Source: an uncultured Gemmatimonadaceae bacterium (GTDB lineage: Bacteria; Gemmatimonadota; Gemmatimonadetes; Gemmatimonadales; Gemmatimonadaceae). From it: 64,000 bases of DNA. Below the pieces are notes generated by a model. The model searched no databases. It was not told the origin of the DNA and saw nothing but the letters and a program-made list of their open reading frames with translations. This document shows positions 41,250-51,042 of this stretch, one piece after another; the stretch's first letter is position 1, and the number at the start of each line of letters is the position of its first letter. The stretch covers positions 1 to 64,000 of the forward strand of contig CAWFQK010000003.1 in the NCBI GenBank assembly GCA_963817955.1, in the 5' to 3' direction. The position numbers and the translations under genes are program-made.

Positions 41250-43663
41250 CAACGAGCGAGCCGAGGATGGACGTGAACGTTGCGGTGATCTGCATCCAGT
41301 CGCGTTTGTCGGTCGAATCCTTTTCCGGCACGAACACCATGCTGCCCGGCTGCGGTCTTGGCTCCGACGTGAAACCAAACACGTTCCGGTGGTTCGCGTC
41401 TACCTTGCCGTTGGGCTGCGTCACGTATGCGTGCCCACGGTCGCCCTTGATCGACTCGCCGCCAGCGGACCGAATGTAGTAGTCGAGATTCGCTCCTGGC
41501 ACGTACGCGACGCCCACCTGCGAATTCACGGCGCCACGCACCGTTACGACCGGTGTATACCGCGGGATGAGTACCGCATCCCCATCCACGAGCTGAAGAT
41601 TGTCGATGTAGCTCGGGTCGCGGAGCACGTGCGGCAGATCGACGCCCACTCGGCCAATGGAATTCTGCTTACGAACGAAGACGATTCCGTCAGGATATGC
41701 CGCAGTGGTGAGCCCGCCGGCGCGAGCGATGATGTCCGACAATTTTTCGGTTTTCCGAACGAGCGAGTATGCGCCGGGATATTGAACTTCGCCCTCGACG
41801 GTCACCGTTTGCAGCAACTGCCACTCCGGCTGACGCTTGATGAGCACGGCGTCGTAGGGCTGGAGCAGGACCTCGGGCGCTTTCGCGGTCGGCGCCGCAA
41901 AGCCTGGCGGTCCATGGTACTTACCGTCCGCCCCAAGATCCAAGAGATAGCTGGAATCGAGCGGAACGATGGTCGTTACCGCGGTGACTCCCGCCGCCCG
42001 GCTTTCCGGCAGGCGCGCGATCTCGGCGTTGGTGAGCAGAGCGCCCTCCTGCATGCCGCCGGCAAGCAGCACGGCATCGTGCAACGTCATGCCCTCGCGA
42101 AAGGGAATCTGACCCGACTGCCGAACCGCTCCATTCACGGTGATGTAGCGGACGGGCCGAAAGTCAGTGGTCGAGAACACGCTGATCTCGTCGCCATCGG
42201 CGAGACTGAGGTTGTTCACCGGCCGGCCGATGGTGTCGTACACGGCGGTGCGCAGCATCTGTCGCCTTGAATCGGCCGTCAGCCGCGTGACGAGCACTTC
42301 GCCGAGATAACTGTCCGGCTTGAGACCGCCGGCGCGGTGAAGTGCGTCGGATAGTGTCATGCCAGGCGTGAACGCCATGGCGCCAGGCGACCAGACGTTG
42401 CCTGTGACAGCGATGCGATTGGAAACGTGCGGCGCAATCTCCAGCACGTGCACGATATCGCCCGGCCGGAGCGGCTCGGTCGAGTTTTCCAGGGAGCCGG
42501 ATGCGACGTCGAAGAGCACACGGTCCTTGCCGGCCGCGGTGCGCTGTTCAGGCGGCACCACTCGGTCGATCTGCAGGCGCCGCCGGTCGGCCTCGGCGCG
42601 GAATCCGCCAGCCATGCGGAGCAGTTCTCGCAAGGTTTCGTTCGGCTTGAGCTCGTAGGTGGCGGGACGAATCACGGCGCCAGACAGACGAACGCGCGCC
42701 CCCCGCGGCGGCACGAAGACGATGTCTCCCGTCATCACGCGCAGATCGTTGGAGGCATTGCCGGAGAGGAGATAGTCGTAGAGATCGAGCGTGCCCGCGG
42801 TCTGACCTGCACGCCGCAACTCGATGTTGCGCATGTCGCCATTCTGGGTAGGGCCCGCCGCGGCGTACAGCGCACTCATGATCGTCCCGAGCTTGGATAC
42901 GCGATAACTGCCAGGCGTGGCGACGTCGCCGAGCACCGAAACCTGGCTGGTGCCGAGTCGCGAGACCGTCACGTCGAAGTGCGTTGATGCTCCCGCCCCG
43001 CGCCGCACGCCCGAGTACGCACGGCCGAGGCGTGAATACAGCAGATCGTCCAACTGCTGCATGGTGAGGTTGGCGACAGCAACCTGGCCGACATCGGGAA
43101 TGACGACGTAGCCTTCGCGCGTAATAGGTGAGGTTGTACGCTTTCTCGACGTCGCCTGTGAGGATGAGCACGAGCTCGTCACCCGGGCCAACACGATAGT
43201 CGCTCGGCACTGGTCCGGCGAGATTGGCGTCGAACTGCGTGGTCTGGCGGTGAAAGACGTCGATGCCGAACAGCGAAAGACCACTATCGGCCTGCGCCGC
43301 TGTGATGGGCACGGCGGCGAGTGGAGCGTTGGAGAAGTCGGTGGCGGTGCTGAGCCCAATTTGCGTACGGCTTCGAATACGTCAGCAGACATCGCCGTGG
43401 TCGAATCGGCAGTTCCGCCCGGCAGATAGGCGTCAAGCAGCGATGCCGAATACCCCTCCGCTTGCAAACGGGACCGAATCTGATCGGGCGTCATGCCACT
43501 GGCTTGCAACTGTGCCTGGAGCTGGGCGATCGTTTGCGGCGTGGCGCCGCTGATGAGCGCCTGGGCTTGCGCCGGAGTCGGGCGGGTTCTGAGCCAGGGC
43601 GGCCGGTGCGCAAAGAACGAGCAATGCGCCTGAAAGCCAGCCGCGCACGCGAGAAGCGATCAT
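41224..43663 (-). CDS. Large multi-SLBB polysaccharide export protein (KpsD-like OPX), frameshifts in the 5' third
   Basis: Signal peptide at 43663; LFGIDVF, PVPSDYRVGPGDEL, DLYDYLLSG, repeated V.G.V..PG SLBB motifs. Confidence 0.82.
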
Positions 43664-43744
43664 GTGTGGATTGGACTTCGGGAGGAAACGGAATGGGGCA
43701 GGTATGAGGAATGAATAATGTAGGGCGGGAGAGGGGGTGTCTAC

Positions 43745-43832
43745 GGGGGACACGGGACACGGGACACGGGACACGGGACAGCAGCGGGCGGGACGACGAC
43801 TGACAACAACCCACCACCGATCACTGACGACC
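43745..43832 (+). repeat. Heptamer tandem repeats (GGGACAC)x4-5 plus degenerate heptamers
   Basis: gggacac gggacac gggacac gggacac gggacag; related heptamers at 54955-55055 and 57265-57290. Confidence 0.8.
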
Positions 43833-43887
43833 TCACCCGCTGTCTTGGTCGCGCGATCTATGGCCGCCGGCCTGCCGGATTCGTCGG

Positions 43888-45330
43888 TCAGGATCCGCGG
43901 TAGAGTCGTTCGAGGTTGATGAGCTGGACGTCCGCACGGGAGCGCCCGAGCCGCTCCATCTCGGCTGTGAACGCCGGGGCGAACAACAGCAGCTGTGCGC
44001 CGGCAGCCCTGGGCCCGAGCGCGGCACGTGCTTGCTCGAGGTGATGCAGGTGGCCCGAGCCTATGGTCTCGCCTGATTTCGCCTCGCCGATTGCGAGCAC
44101 ACGTCTGGCTGCCGGCTCGGGAGCGCCGCCGTCCGCCGCGACGACGACGTCGAGCTCGTGTTCGACGCCACTGATGGTCACGCTCGACGGCCCGACGTGA
44201 TCCGGCTCGCCCCCCAGGGTCTCTGGGCTTGCGAAGCGACGGACCCAGAGCCGCGCTTGCTCCTCGAACACGGGCCCGCGAACGCGAGCGTCGAAGACCG
44301 TCGCGAGCCGGCGGTCCCAGCTCGCGCGCGGATCGCGATCGCGCAGCAGCGTCGCGTGTGGCTCGAGCACGGCGTAATGGAACTGCAGGAATGGATCACT
44401 GAGCGCGTACGTGGGTCGCCGCGCGCGCACCGGGTCCTCGTGGCGGACGACGAAGCCTGCGGCAACGAGACGTTTGAGCGCCGGGTCCAGGTTCGGGACT
44501 TGGCGGCGGAGCTGGTTCGCGATGGTGCCCGCCGTCACGGCGCCGTTCGCGATCACCGCCAGCAGGCTGTGGTGGAGCGTTTGGCTTGCCGCGGCCAGCG
44601 TCGGATCCTCGGCGAGGAGCGTGGTGGCCTCGTGATGCAGCGTCGCGGCAGGGGACAGCACGCGCTCGGCAACCCAGCGGGGAAAGTCATCCAGGTCGCG
44701 GGGCAAATCGTCATCGACCATGTCGGTGGCATACCCGACCACGCCGTCGATGACGGCGAACACGCGGGCCGCCAACGTCAGGTCGGGATCGTTCCCGAGG
44801 AGCGCGGCAGCCCGCCGGTAGTCAAATGGCTGCATCACGAGCTCGAGGCCTGCGCGGCCGCGGAGCGGTGCTTGTCCGTCCGTCAGCTTGCGCATCATGG
44901 CGATCGCGGACCCGCAGAGGATGAGGCGCGACCGGCCGCCCGCGCCGCGCCGCGATGGCCCGAGGAGCGTCGCGATGATGGAATCGAGCCCAGGCTCTGC
45001 TTCGAGCAAGTAGCCGACTTCGTCGAGCACGACCGGTGTGGCGCCGGCAGTCCCGAGCTGGAGGAGACGCGTGAGGGCGTCCTCCCATCCGGTGAGCGCG
45101 AGAGGACCAACGCCAAGATGGGCACCGAGCGCCTCACCGAGGCGGGTGAGATGGATGGCGGTCTCCGCGCGCGTCGCTTCCCAGTAGAACCCGCGACGCT
45201 CCTTAGTCAGGGCCGCGAGGAGCGTCGATTTGCCAATCCGGCGGCGCCCGTAGACGAGGGCGAGGGTGTGACGATCGACCTCGCTGTCGAGGAATCGGGT
45301 CAGCGGTTCTGTGGCGTGGCTGATGTCCAT
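43888..45330 (-). CDS. COG1672-like (archaeal-type) ATPase with wHTH and C-terminal DUF234/PD-(D/E)xK-like nuclease region
   Basis: VYGRRRIGKSTLL Walker A, VVLDE, LILCGS, PLRGR, Y.LSDPFLQFH, GPVFEE, ELDVV..IGEAK. Confidence 0.82.
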   Translation of the reverse strand: MDISHATEPLTRFLDSEVDRHTLALVYGRRRIGKSTLLAALTKERRGFYWEATRAETAIHLTRLGEALGAHLGVGPLALTGWEDALTRLLQLGTAGATPVVLDEVGYLLEAEPGLDSIIATLLGPSRRGAGGRSRLILCGSAIAMMRKLTDGQAPLRGRAGLELVMQPFDYRRAAALLGNDPDLTLAARVFAVIDGVVGYATDMVDDDLPRDLDDFPRWVAERVLSPAATLHHEATTLLAEDPTLAAASQTLHHSLLAVIANGAVTAGTIANQLRRQVPNLDPALKRLVAAGFVVRHEDPVRARRPTYALSDPFLQFHYAVLEPHATLLRDRDPRASWDRRLATVFDARVRGPVFEEQARLWVRRFASPETLGGEPDHVGPSSVTISGVEHELDVVVAADGGAPEPAARRVLAIGEAKSGETIGSGHLHHLEQARAALGPRAAGAQLLLFAPAFTAEMERLGRSRADVQLINLERLYRGS

Positions 45331-45373
45331 GGGCTTGGATGCGTAGGGTGCGGACCAAAGTACACCATGGCCA

Positions 45374-45529
45374 ATACTATTGCCAACAATAGTATCTAAT
45401 GCGATACTTTGCCCAAGCGGTCAGTAGAAACCGGGCTCGGAGCCCAACCCACGCCTCACGATCGCAGCGTCGTCGTTTATAATGCACATTTGTCGTTTAT
45501 AGCAGACAATTGTATGTTATAGGCGACAA
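45374..45529. promoter_or_regulatory. AT-rich operator region: 9-bp IR ATACTATTG-N4-CAATAGTAT and three tandem 20-bp quasi-palindromes
   Basis: IR 45374-45395; units 45470-89, 45490-509, 45510-29 with consensus TTGTCG-nn-TATA-nn-CGACAA. Confidence 0.6.
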
Positions 45530-46103
45530 GGCTCGATCTGCTCGAACAAACGGGCATCGTGACCTACGTCGGCGCCGGTCGCCAGCGTCAGGTCCAATTC
45601 CGCCGCGACCACCCGCTCGCGCCGGCACTCGAGGCACTCTTCACCGCAGAGAACACTACCTTCGCCGAGTTCCTCGATGCGCTGCGTGCGGCTGCAGCGA
45701 GCATCCCGGGCGCCACGGCAGTATGGCTCGAGGGCCCCCTCACGACCGGGACCGACACGCTGAGCGAGCCGGTGGCGTGCTTCGTCATCGGAGCGCCTGC
45801 TCGACTACCGAGGATATCCACGGAACTCCGGGACGCGTTCGCTCCCATCGAACGCATGTACGACGTGACGATCCCGATCCATGGACTCACTCGAAGCGAG
45901 CTCGCGACGCGCGATGAAGGAGGCGTGGAGTCGCTCCTCGATGCGATCCTTCTTGCAGGCACACCCCCTGCCGCATTCCACCCGATCGCCCGCGAACGAC
46001 TTGCGCGGCAGAGCCGCATCACGGGGCACGGCGATCACGATGCCCACGCCCTCGCGACTGCATCGGTACTGGCCGATCTGGTGGCGACGGGACACGAGAT
46101 GCC
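45530..46103 (+). pseudogene. Fragment of a wHTH + nucleotidyltransferase-like antitoxin/regulator, truncated at both ends
   Basis: LDLLEQTGIVTYVGAGRQRQVQFRRDHPLAPALEALF (end of a wHTH) followed by AVWLEGP..; no proper start; ends at the REP-like element. Confidence 0.45.
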
Positions 46104-46131
46104 TGTCATCCTGAGCAAAGCGAAGGATCTC
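46104..46131 (+). repeat. REP-like half element TGTCATCCTGAGCAAAGCGAAGGATCTC
   Basis: Reverse-complement relative of the element at 17839-17872. Confidence 0.65.
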
Positions 46132-46174
46132 TGTGACCGGCGGGCCGACCGGTCGCGATAACCGCCCGATGGCG

Positions 46175-46280
46175 ATCCCGCTACTTGTCCATCGCGGCCA
46201 GGTCGGCCGCCTCCCGCTTCCGCCGCGGCGATGAGTTGGGAGAGCTGCGTCTTGGCTTTGTGGATGGTAACGGGTTTCAC
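46175..46280 (-). pseudogene. Phd/YefM antitoxin remnant
   Basis: VKPVTIHKAKTQLSQLIAAAEAG is the typical Phd N-terminus; decays afterwards, no toxin follows. Confidence 0.65.
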
Positions 46281-46330
46281 TGTGCTCCCGAGTAGATGCG
46301 CCCTGAGCGCTGAGGGTCGGGCAACCCTCG

Positions 46331-47617
46331 TCAACCGAAGATCAAGCGACTCCGGCCGGAAAGGGCGTACTCAATCTGCGCGTTTTTTACAGGTCGCCGG
46401 GGGAGGACGAGGACGTAGCCCTCGGCAACGAGGTAGTTCACGATCTTGGATGCGGCGCTCTGGCCTAACCCCCACATCGCGCGGAGTGTGGTCTGCGTCT
46501 GCGTCGCGCCCGGCGCCCTAACTCCCCACGTCCTGAGGTGGGCCGCCCACCCTTTCTCGCTGATGCCGGCGAGCGCCTGGTCGTACCGGCGCTGCAGGAT
46601 CGGTCGCAGCTGCTCAAGCCCGAGGGGACGGGCCGGCTCGACGAGTCCGAGGAGCGGTTTCACCCCGTCCTCGAGCGCGCGCAGGAAGCCGCGGAGATCA
46701 CCGCCAAAGAGGTCGTAGAGCGCCTCGACCGCGACAGACTCGACCGGCGGGAGAACCGGCTGCCTCGAGTCCGCCCGAAGATACGTGTAGCGAGCCGTGA
46801 GTAGCGCGTGGACCTCGGCGACATGCAGGGGCTCGAGGTGGAGGACGCGCGCGTGGTTTCGCACCTGCTGGCTCCCAAGGGCGGTGTTGACAGCGTCAGT
46901 CGTGCCGACCAGCACGTAGTGCAGCCCGTTGTGCAGCAGCATTACATCCCGAAGCGTCTTGAACATCTCGCCGGCGCGCTTGGCGTCCGGGTCGCTCAGG
47001 TTTTCAAGGTTGTTGAGGTGCAGCAGAACCCCGCGCGCGTCGGACTCCGCTACGATCATGCGCATGAGATCGCGCATGACGCGTGGTCCGTCGATCATAA
47101 GGTCCTTCGGCGTGACGACACTTGTCCCCCGGGAGCCACCGATGCCGCCGATGCCGGGGATCGATAGACTGACACCGACTGAGGAGAGGCGCGTCGCGCG
47201 TACGAGGATCTGAGCGTCCTGCATCGCTCGGTTGTCGCCTGAGTACGGGCGGTTCGCCAGGATCGTGTCGTACAGCCCGCCGAGCACCCGCGCGAAGAGG
47301 GTCTCCGGCGTATCGGTCTGCAGGACTGGCACGATCGAGTCGGTGGTGAGGAATCCGTCCTCCTGCGTCTGCGCCTTCAGCTCCTTCACGAGCGTCGTCT
47401 TCCCGACGCCGAGGGCGCCGGCGACCCCCTGCACGCTACCGTCATCCCCGGCATCCCGGATTGTCCCGAGCAGTTCCTTGAGTTCGGCGGCACGCCCGAC
47501 GAACAAGCTCAGCGGTCGGGGAGAGTTCGACCCTGCTTCCAGCTCCCGCTGGAAGAAGGGGGACTGGCTCAGGTTGAAGATGCTCCAAGTGGTCGGAAGC
47601 GGGCGGTGGTCAGCCAT
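46331..47617 (-). CDS. P-loop AAA+-like ATPase with C-terminal winged helix
   Basis: LFVGRAAEL, GALGVGKTT, Walker-B-like LLHLNNLE, VLVGT, GDLR sensor II, TQTTL..WGLGQSAASKIV..L..EGYV. Confidence 0.78.
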   Translation of the reverse strand: MADHRPLPTTWSIFNLSQSPFFQRELEAGSNSPRPLSLFVGRAAELKELLGTIRDAGDDGSVQGVAGALGVGKTTLVKELKAQTQEDGFLTTDSIVPVLQTDTPETLFARVLGGLYDTILANRPYSGDNRAMQDAQILVRATRLSSVGVSLSIPGIGGIGGSRGTSVVTPKDLMIDGPRVMRDLMRMIVAESDARGVLLHLNNLENLSDPDAKRAGEMFKTLRDVMLLHNGLHYVLVGTTDAVNTALGSQQVRNHARVLHLEPLHVAEVHALLTARYTYLRADSRQPVLPPVESVAVEALYDLFGGDLRGFLRALEDGVKPLLGLVEPARPLGLEQLRPILQRRYDQALAGISEKGWAAHLRTWGVRAPGATQTQTTLRAMWGLGQSAASKIVNYLVAEGYVLVLPRRPVKNAQIEYALSGRSRLIFG

Positions 47618-47783
47618 GGTATTCCCTAGACGATCGGAAAGGCGGAATGACACTACGGTATTCCATGTAGGCGGAATACCGCCACGGAATGACGTCAGAT
47701 CGGCTGGTTCTGGAATATCCACATGTGGACGCGGGTGTGGGGTCCAGGTTTCCGCGAACACTAGGATAATCGCATTCGCCGCA

Positions 47784-48653
47784 CTACCGGCGAACTCGAC
47801 GCCCCACCGCCGCCGTAATGCGCCCTACGAAAACAGCCGTAGCCACGCCGAGCAGCGCACCCGCGATCATGTCCACCCCGTAGTGGAATCCGCCGTAGAC
47901 CGCGCCCACGCCTACCAGTAGCGCTACTCCCCACACCGCGTACGACACGCTCCGCTGCCAGCGCCAGGCGAGCATGGCTTGCGTGACGGTCACCGCCATG
48001 TGCGACGACGGGAACGCCGCGCCGCGAGAGGAGCCGGCCGCAAGCAGGTGCGTCGCGAGCGAGCGGAACGGGCCCTGGGGGATGCCAGCTGGCTGGGTCC
48101 ATAGGTACCGAGGGCCCTGCACGGGGAATAGCGCAAAGATGGTCCAGCAAACGGTGTAGGTCACCGTGAGCGCCAGAATGGTCTCGCCGAGGGCTTTCCG
48201 ATTGCCCTTGAGAAAGAGCAGCAGCGGCGGGACAAAGATGACCGGGTAATACGCGAGGTAGCCGGCGTGGAGGAGCTCGCTCAGAGCGGTGAGCGGTAGA
48301 GCGGGCGCCAGGGTGTGGGCAGGCTGGGTGTGGAAGAGGGCTAGTTCCCAGGCCTGAATCAGGGTGTCGTGGTAGGTGGTGCCGAGGGTGGTAATGAGTT
48401 GGGGGAGCTCGGCATAGAGGATGGGGCAGACGAGCAACGGGACCAGGGTGGCGAGGCTGTTACTCTGAGCCCCGCCTGCACTCAAGACAACTGCGAGTAC
48501 CAACAACGCCAGGTGGACGAGCGCCAATATGGCGTGCCCACCAGCGGCCAAAACGCTCCCGGACAGGGCCAGGTAGCCCGCCAGCCAGACGAGGGCCAAG
48601 CTGCCTGCGTCAGCGCTGATTTCGCGTAAAGTCGTCTCGCTCCCTACATTCAC
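47784..48653 (-). CDS. PAP2-superfamily membrane enzyme, Aur1/IPC-synthase-like (start uncertain)
   Basis: ELLHAGYLAYY, FPVQGPRY, AAFPSSH, VYGGFHYGVD; multi-TM. Confidence 0.78.
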   Translation of the reverse strand: MNVGSETTLREISADAGSLALVWLAGYLALSGSVLAAGGHAILALVHLALLVLAVVLSAGGAQSNSLATLVPLLVCPILYAELPQLITTLGTTYHDTLIQAWELALFHTQPAHTLAPALPLTALSELLHAGYLAYYPVIFVPPLLLFLKGNRKALGETILALTVTYTVCWTIFALFPVQGPRYLWTQPAGIPQGPFRSLATHLLAAGSSRGAAFPSSHMAVTVTQAMLAWRWQRSVSYAVWGVALLVGVGAVYGGFHYGVDMIAGALLGVATAVFVGRITAAVGRRVRR

Positions 48654-48657
48654 CCGC

Positions 48658-49800
48658 GTGTCCGTTGAAATCATCCCAGTAGAGTCGTCGCGCGACCTGC
48701 GCCGGTTCGTGGATCTGCCCTGGAAGATCTATAACCGGAAGGACCACCCGCAGTGGGTCCCGCCGCTTCGCATTGCCGTCCGCGATGCGCTCGACAAGAA
48801 GAACAATCCGTTCTACCGCGACGCCGACCGGCAGCTCTTTCTTGCGCTGCGGAGCGGTGTGCCGGTGGGCCGCATTGCCGCGATCGAGAACCGGGCGCAC
48901 AACCGTTTCCACAACGACCGCGTCGGCTTCTTCGGCTTCTTTGAATGCCAGGACGACCAGGAAGCAGCCACCGCGCTCTTTGCGTCGGCCGAAACATGGT
49001 TGCGAAGCCGAGGCCTGAACATAATGCGCGGGCCGACGAATCCGTCGACGAACCACGAGTGCGGCCTGCTCGTGCGCGGCTTCCGCTGGCATCCCATGAT
49101 CATGACGACGTGGAATCCGCGCTACTACTCCACGCTGGTCGAGGGCGCCGGCTTTTCCAAGGCAAAGGACCTGCTCGCGTACTTCTTTCCCATGCAGGGC
49201 GAGCGGGCGTTCGAGCTGCCGGAACAATACCGCCGCCACGCCGAGCGTGCGCTCAAGGGCGCCAAGCTCACCTTCCGCGACATCGACCTCAAGAAGTTCG
49301 ATCCGGAGGTGGAGCGCTGCTGGGAGATCTACAATTCAGCGTGGGATGACAATTGGGGATTCTTCCCCATGTCGCACGAGAGCTTTCTGCACGAAGCCAA
49401 GGTGCTCAAGTACATCTGTCTGCCGCAATTCACCTTCATGGCGGAAGTGGACGGCGAGCCGGCAGGCTTCATGATCATTGTGCCCGACTTTCACCACGCG
49501 TTCAAAGCGGTGGGAAATGGACGGCTGTTCCCCACCGGCCTGCTCAAGATTCTGGCGGCCAAGCGCCGGCTGCGCTCGGGCCGAATCATGATCCTGGGCG
49601 CCAAGGCCGAGTTTCGATCGCGCGGCATCTTTGCGCTATTCGCGCACGAGATGTTCCGCCGAGGAAAGGCCTACGGGGCAGTTGGCGCCGAGGCGTCGTG
49701 GATTCTCGAGGACAACGACAAGCTGGTGAAGCCGATAGAGGCGTTGGGGGCAAAGGAGTACAGGCGGTGGCGGTTGTACGACCGGACGATCGCGCGTTAA
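48658..49800 (+). CDS. YghO-like GNAT-fold protein; candidate bacterial ceramide synthase
   Basis: FVDLPW.IY..P.WVPPL, GRIAA, GFFGFFE, RGP, E.GLLV.GF, YN.AWDDNWGF.P, SWILEDN; directly upstream of spt. Confidence 0.75.
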   Translation: MSVEIIPVESSRDLRRFVDLPWKIYNRKDHPQWVPPLRIAVRDALDKKNNPFYRDADRQLFLALRSGVPVGRIAAIENRAHNRFHNDRVGFFGFFECQDDQEAATALFASAETWLRSRGLNIMRGPTNPSTNHECGLLVRGFRWHPMIMTTWNPRYYSTLVEGAGFSKAKDLLAYFFPMQGERAFELPEQYRRHAERALKGAKLTFRDIDLKKFDPEVERCWEIYNSAWDDNWGFFPMSHESFLHEAKVLKYICLPQFTFMAEVDGEPAGFMIIVPDFHHAFKAVGNGRLFPTGLLKILAAKRRLRSGRIMILGAKAEFRSRGIFALFAHEMFRRGKAYGAVGAEASWILEDNDKLVKPIEALGAKEYRRWRLYDRTIAR

Positions 49801-49832
49801 TTGATGACATGCTTTGCCAAGGGTGACAGATT

Positions 49833-51032
49833 GTGAGCATCTTCGATAAATGTGAGGGTTATACGCTGGCCCGGGACCACGAAGCCGTGGGCCTGTATCC
49901 GTATTTCCATCCGATCGAAGAAGCCACCGCCACGGACGCGAAGATTCGCGGCGAGTGGAAGATCATGGTGGGCTCGAACAATTATCTCGGGCTCACACAT
50001 CACCCCAAGGTGCTCGAAGCAGCGCGCGCCGGGCTCGCGAAGTACGGTAGCGGTTCCACGGGCAGCCGTTTTCTCAACGGCACGCTCGACCTGCACTACG
50101 AGCTCGAGGCGCGGCTCGCCGCGTTGTTTCGCAAGGAAGCAGCGCTCGTGTTCACCACGGGGTATCAGGCCAGCATTGGCGCCATCGCGCCACTCGTCGC
50201 CCGCGGCGACCATCTCTTCCTGGATCGCCTGGACCACGCGTCGCTCGTAGACGGTTCGCGTCTATCGCATGGCGAAGTGCACCGCTACGGGTACAATGAT
50301 TTCCTGTCGCTCGACAAGCAGTTGGCGAAACTTCCGGCCGGCGCAAACAAACTGGTGGTGAGCGACGGTGTATTCTCGATGGAAGGGAGCATCGTCGATC
50401 TGCCGAATCTGGTGAAGGTATCGAAGCAGCACGGCGCGCAGGTAATGGTCGACGAGGCACACGCGCTCGGGGTGCTCGGCGACGACGGAGCGGGAACGGT
50501 GAGCCACTTCGGGCTGCACGACGGGGTCGATCTCGTGCTTGCCACGTTCTCCAAATCGCTCGCCTCGGTGGGCGGTGTCGTTGCCGGCTCCGACATGGTG
50601 ATCCACTGGCTGCGTCACCATAGCCGCGCGCTCATGTTCACGGCGAGCATGCCCCCGGCGTCCGTCGCCGGCGCACTTGCCGCGCTCAGTGTGATGCAGG
50701 ATGAGCCGGAACGGCGCCTGCGATTGTTGGCGAACACCAATCGGGTGGCCGAAGGGCTACGATCCCTTGGGTTCGACATTGGGCAGACGCAGACGCCGGT
50801 CATCCCGGTGTTGATCGGCGATCTGGAGAAGGTGCTGCAGGTATGGCGCGCGTTGTTCGACGACGGGATTTTCGCTCACCCGATCGTGCCACCCGCGGTG
50901 CCAATGAACGCGTGCCGGATCAGGATCTCGATGTCGGCGGAGCACACGGACGAGCAGGTGGACCGGGTGTTGGAGGCGTTCGCGAAGATTCGATCGGCGT
51001 TGGGCGACGAACGATGGGCGTTGTCGTCCTGA
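49833..51032 (+). CDS. spt: Alpha-oxoamine synthase, most likely serine palmitoyltransferase
   Basis: GLYPYF..I, GSNNYLGL, GSRFLNGT, DHAS, DGVFSMEG, DEAH, TFSKS (PLP Lys); N-terminus resembles Bacteroidota SPT rather than BioF/Kbl. Confidence 0.78.
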   Translation: MSIFDKCEGYTLARDHEAVGLYPYFHPIEEATATDAKIRGEWKIMVGSNNYLGLTHHPKVLEAARAGLAKYGSGSTGSRFLNGTLDLHYELEARLAALFRKEAALVFTTGYQASIGAIAPLVARGDHLFLDRLDHASLVDGSRLSHGEVHRYGYNDFLSLDKQLAKLPAGANKLVVSDGVFSMEGSIVDLPNLVKVSKQHGAQVMVDEAHALGVLGDDGAGTVSHFGLHDGVDLVLATFSKSLASVGGVVAGSDMVIHWLRHHSRALMFTASMPPASVAGALAALSVMQDEPERRLRLLANTNRVAEGLRSLGFDIGQTQTPVIPVLIGDLEKVLQVWRALFDDGIFAHPIVPPAVPMNACRIRISMSAEHTDEQVDRVLEAFAKIRSALGDERWALSS

Positions 51033-51042
51033 ACGGCATAAC

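Noticed and set aside
43800..47780. Prophage or integrative element
   Set aside because: No integrase, structural genes, tRNA target or flanking att repeats seen
49833..51032. Annotation as bioF or kbl
   Set aside because: No biotin genes or tdh nearby; N-terminal GLYPYF, GSRFLNGT and TFSKS motifs plus the adjacent GNAT fit SPT better (not excluded without a phylogeny)
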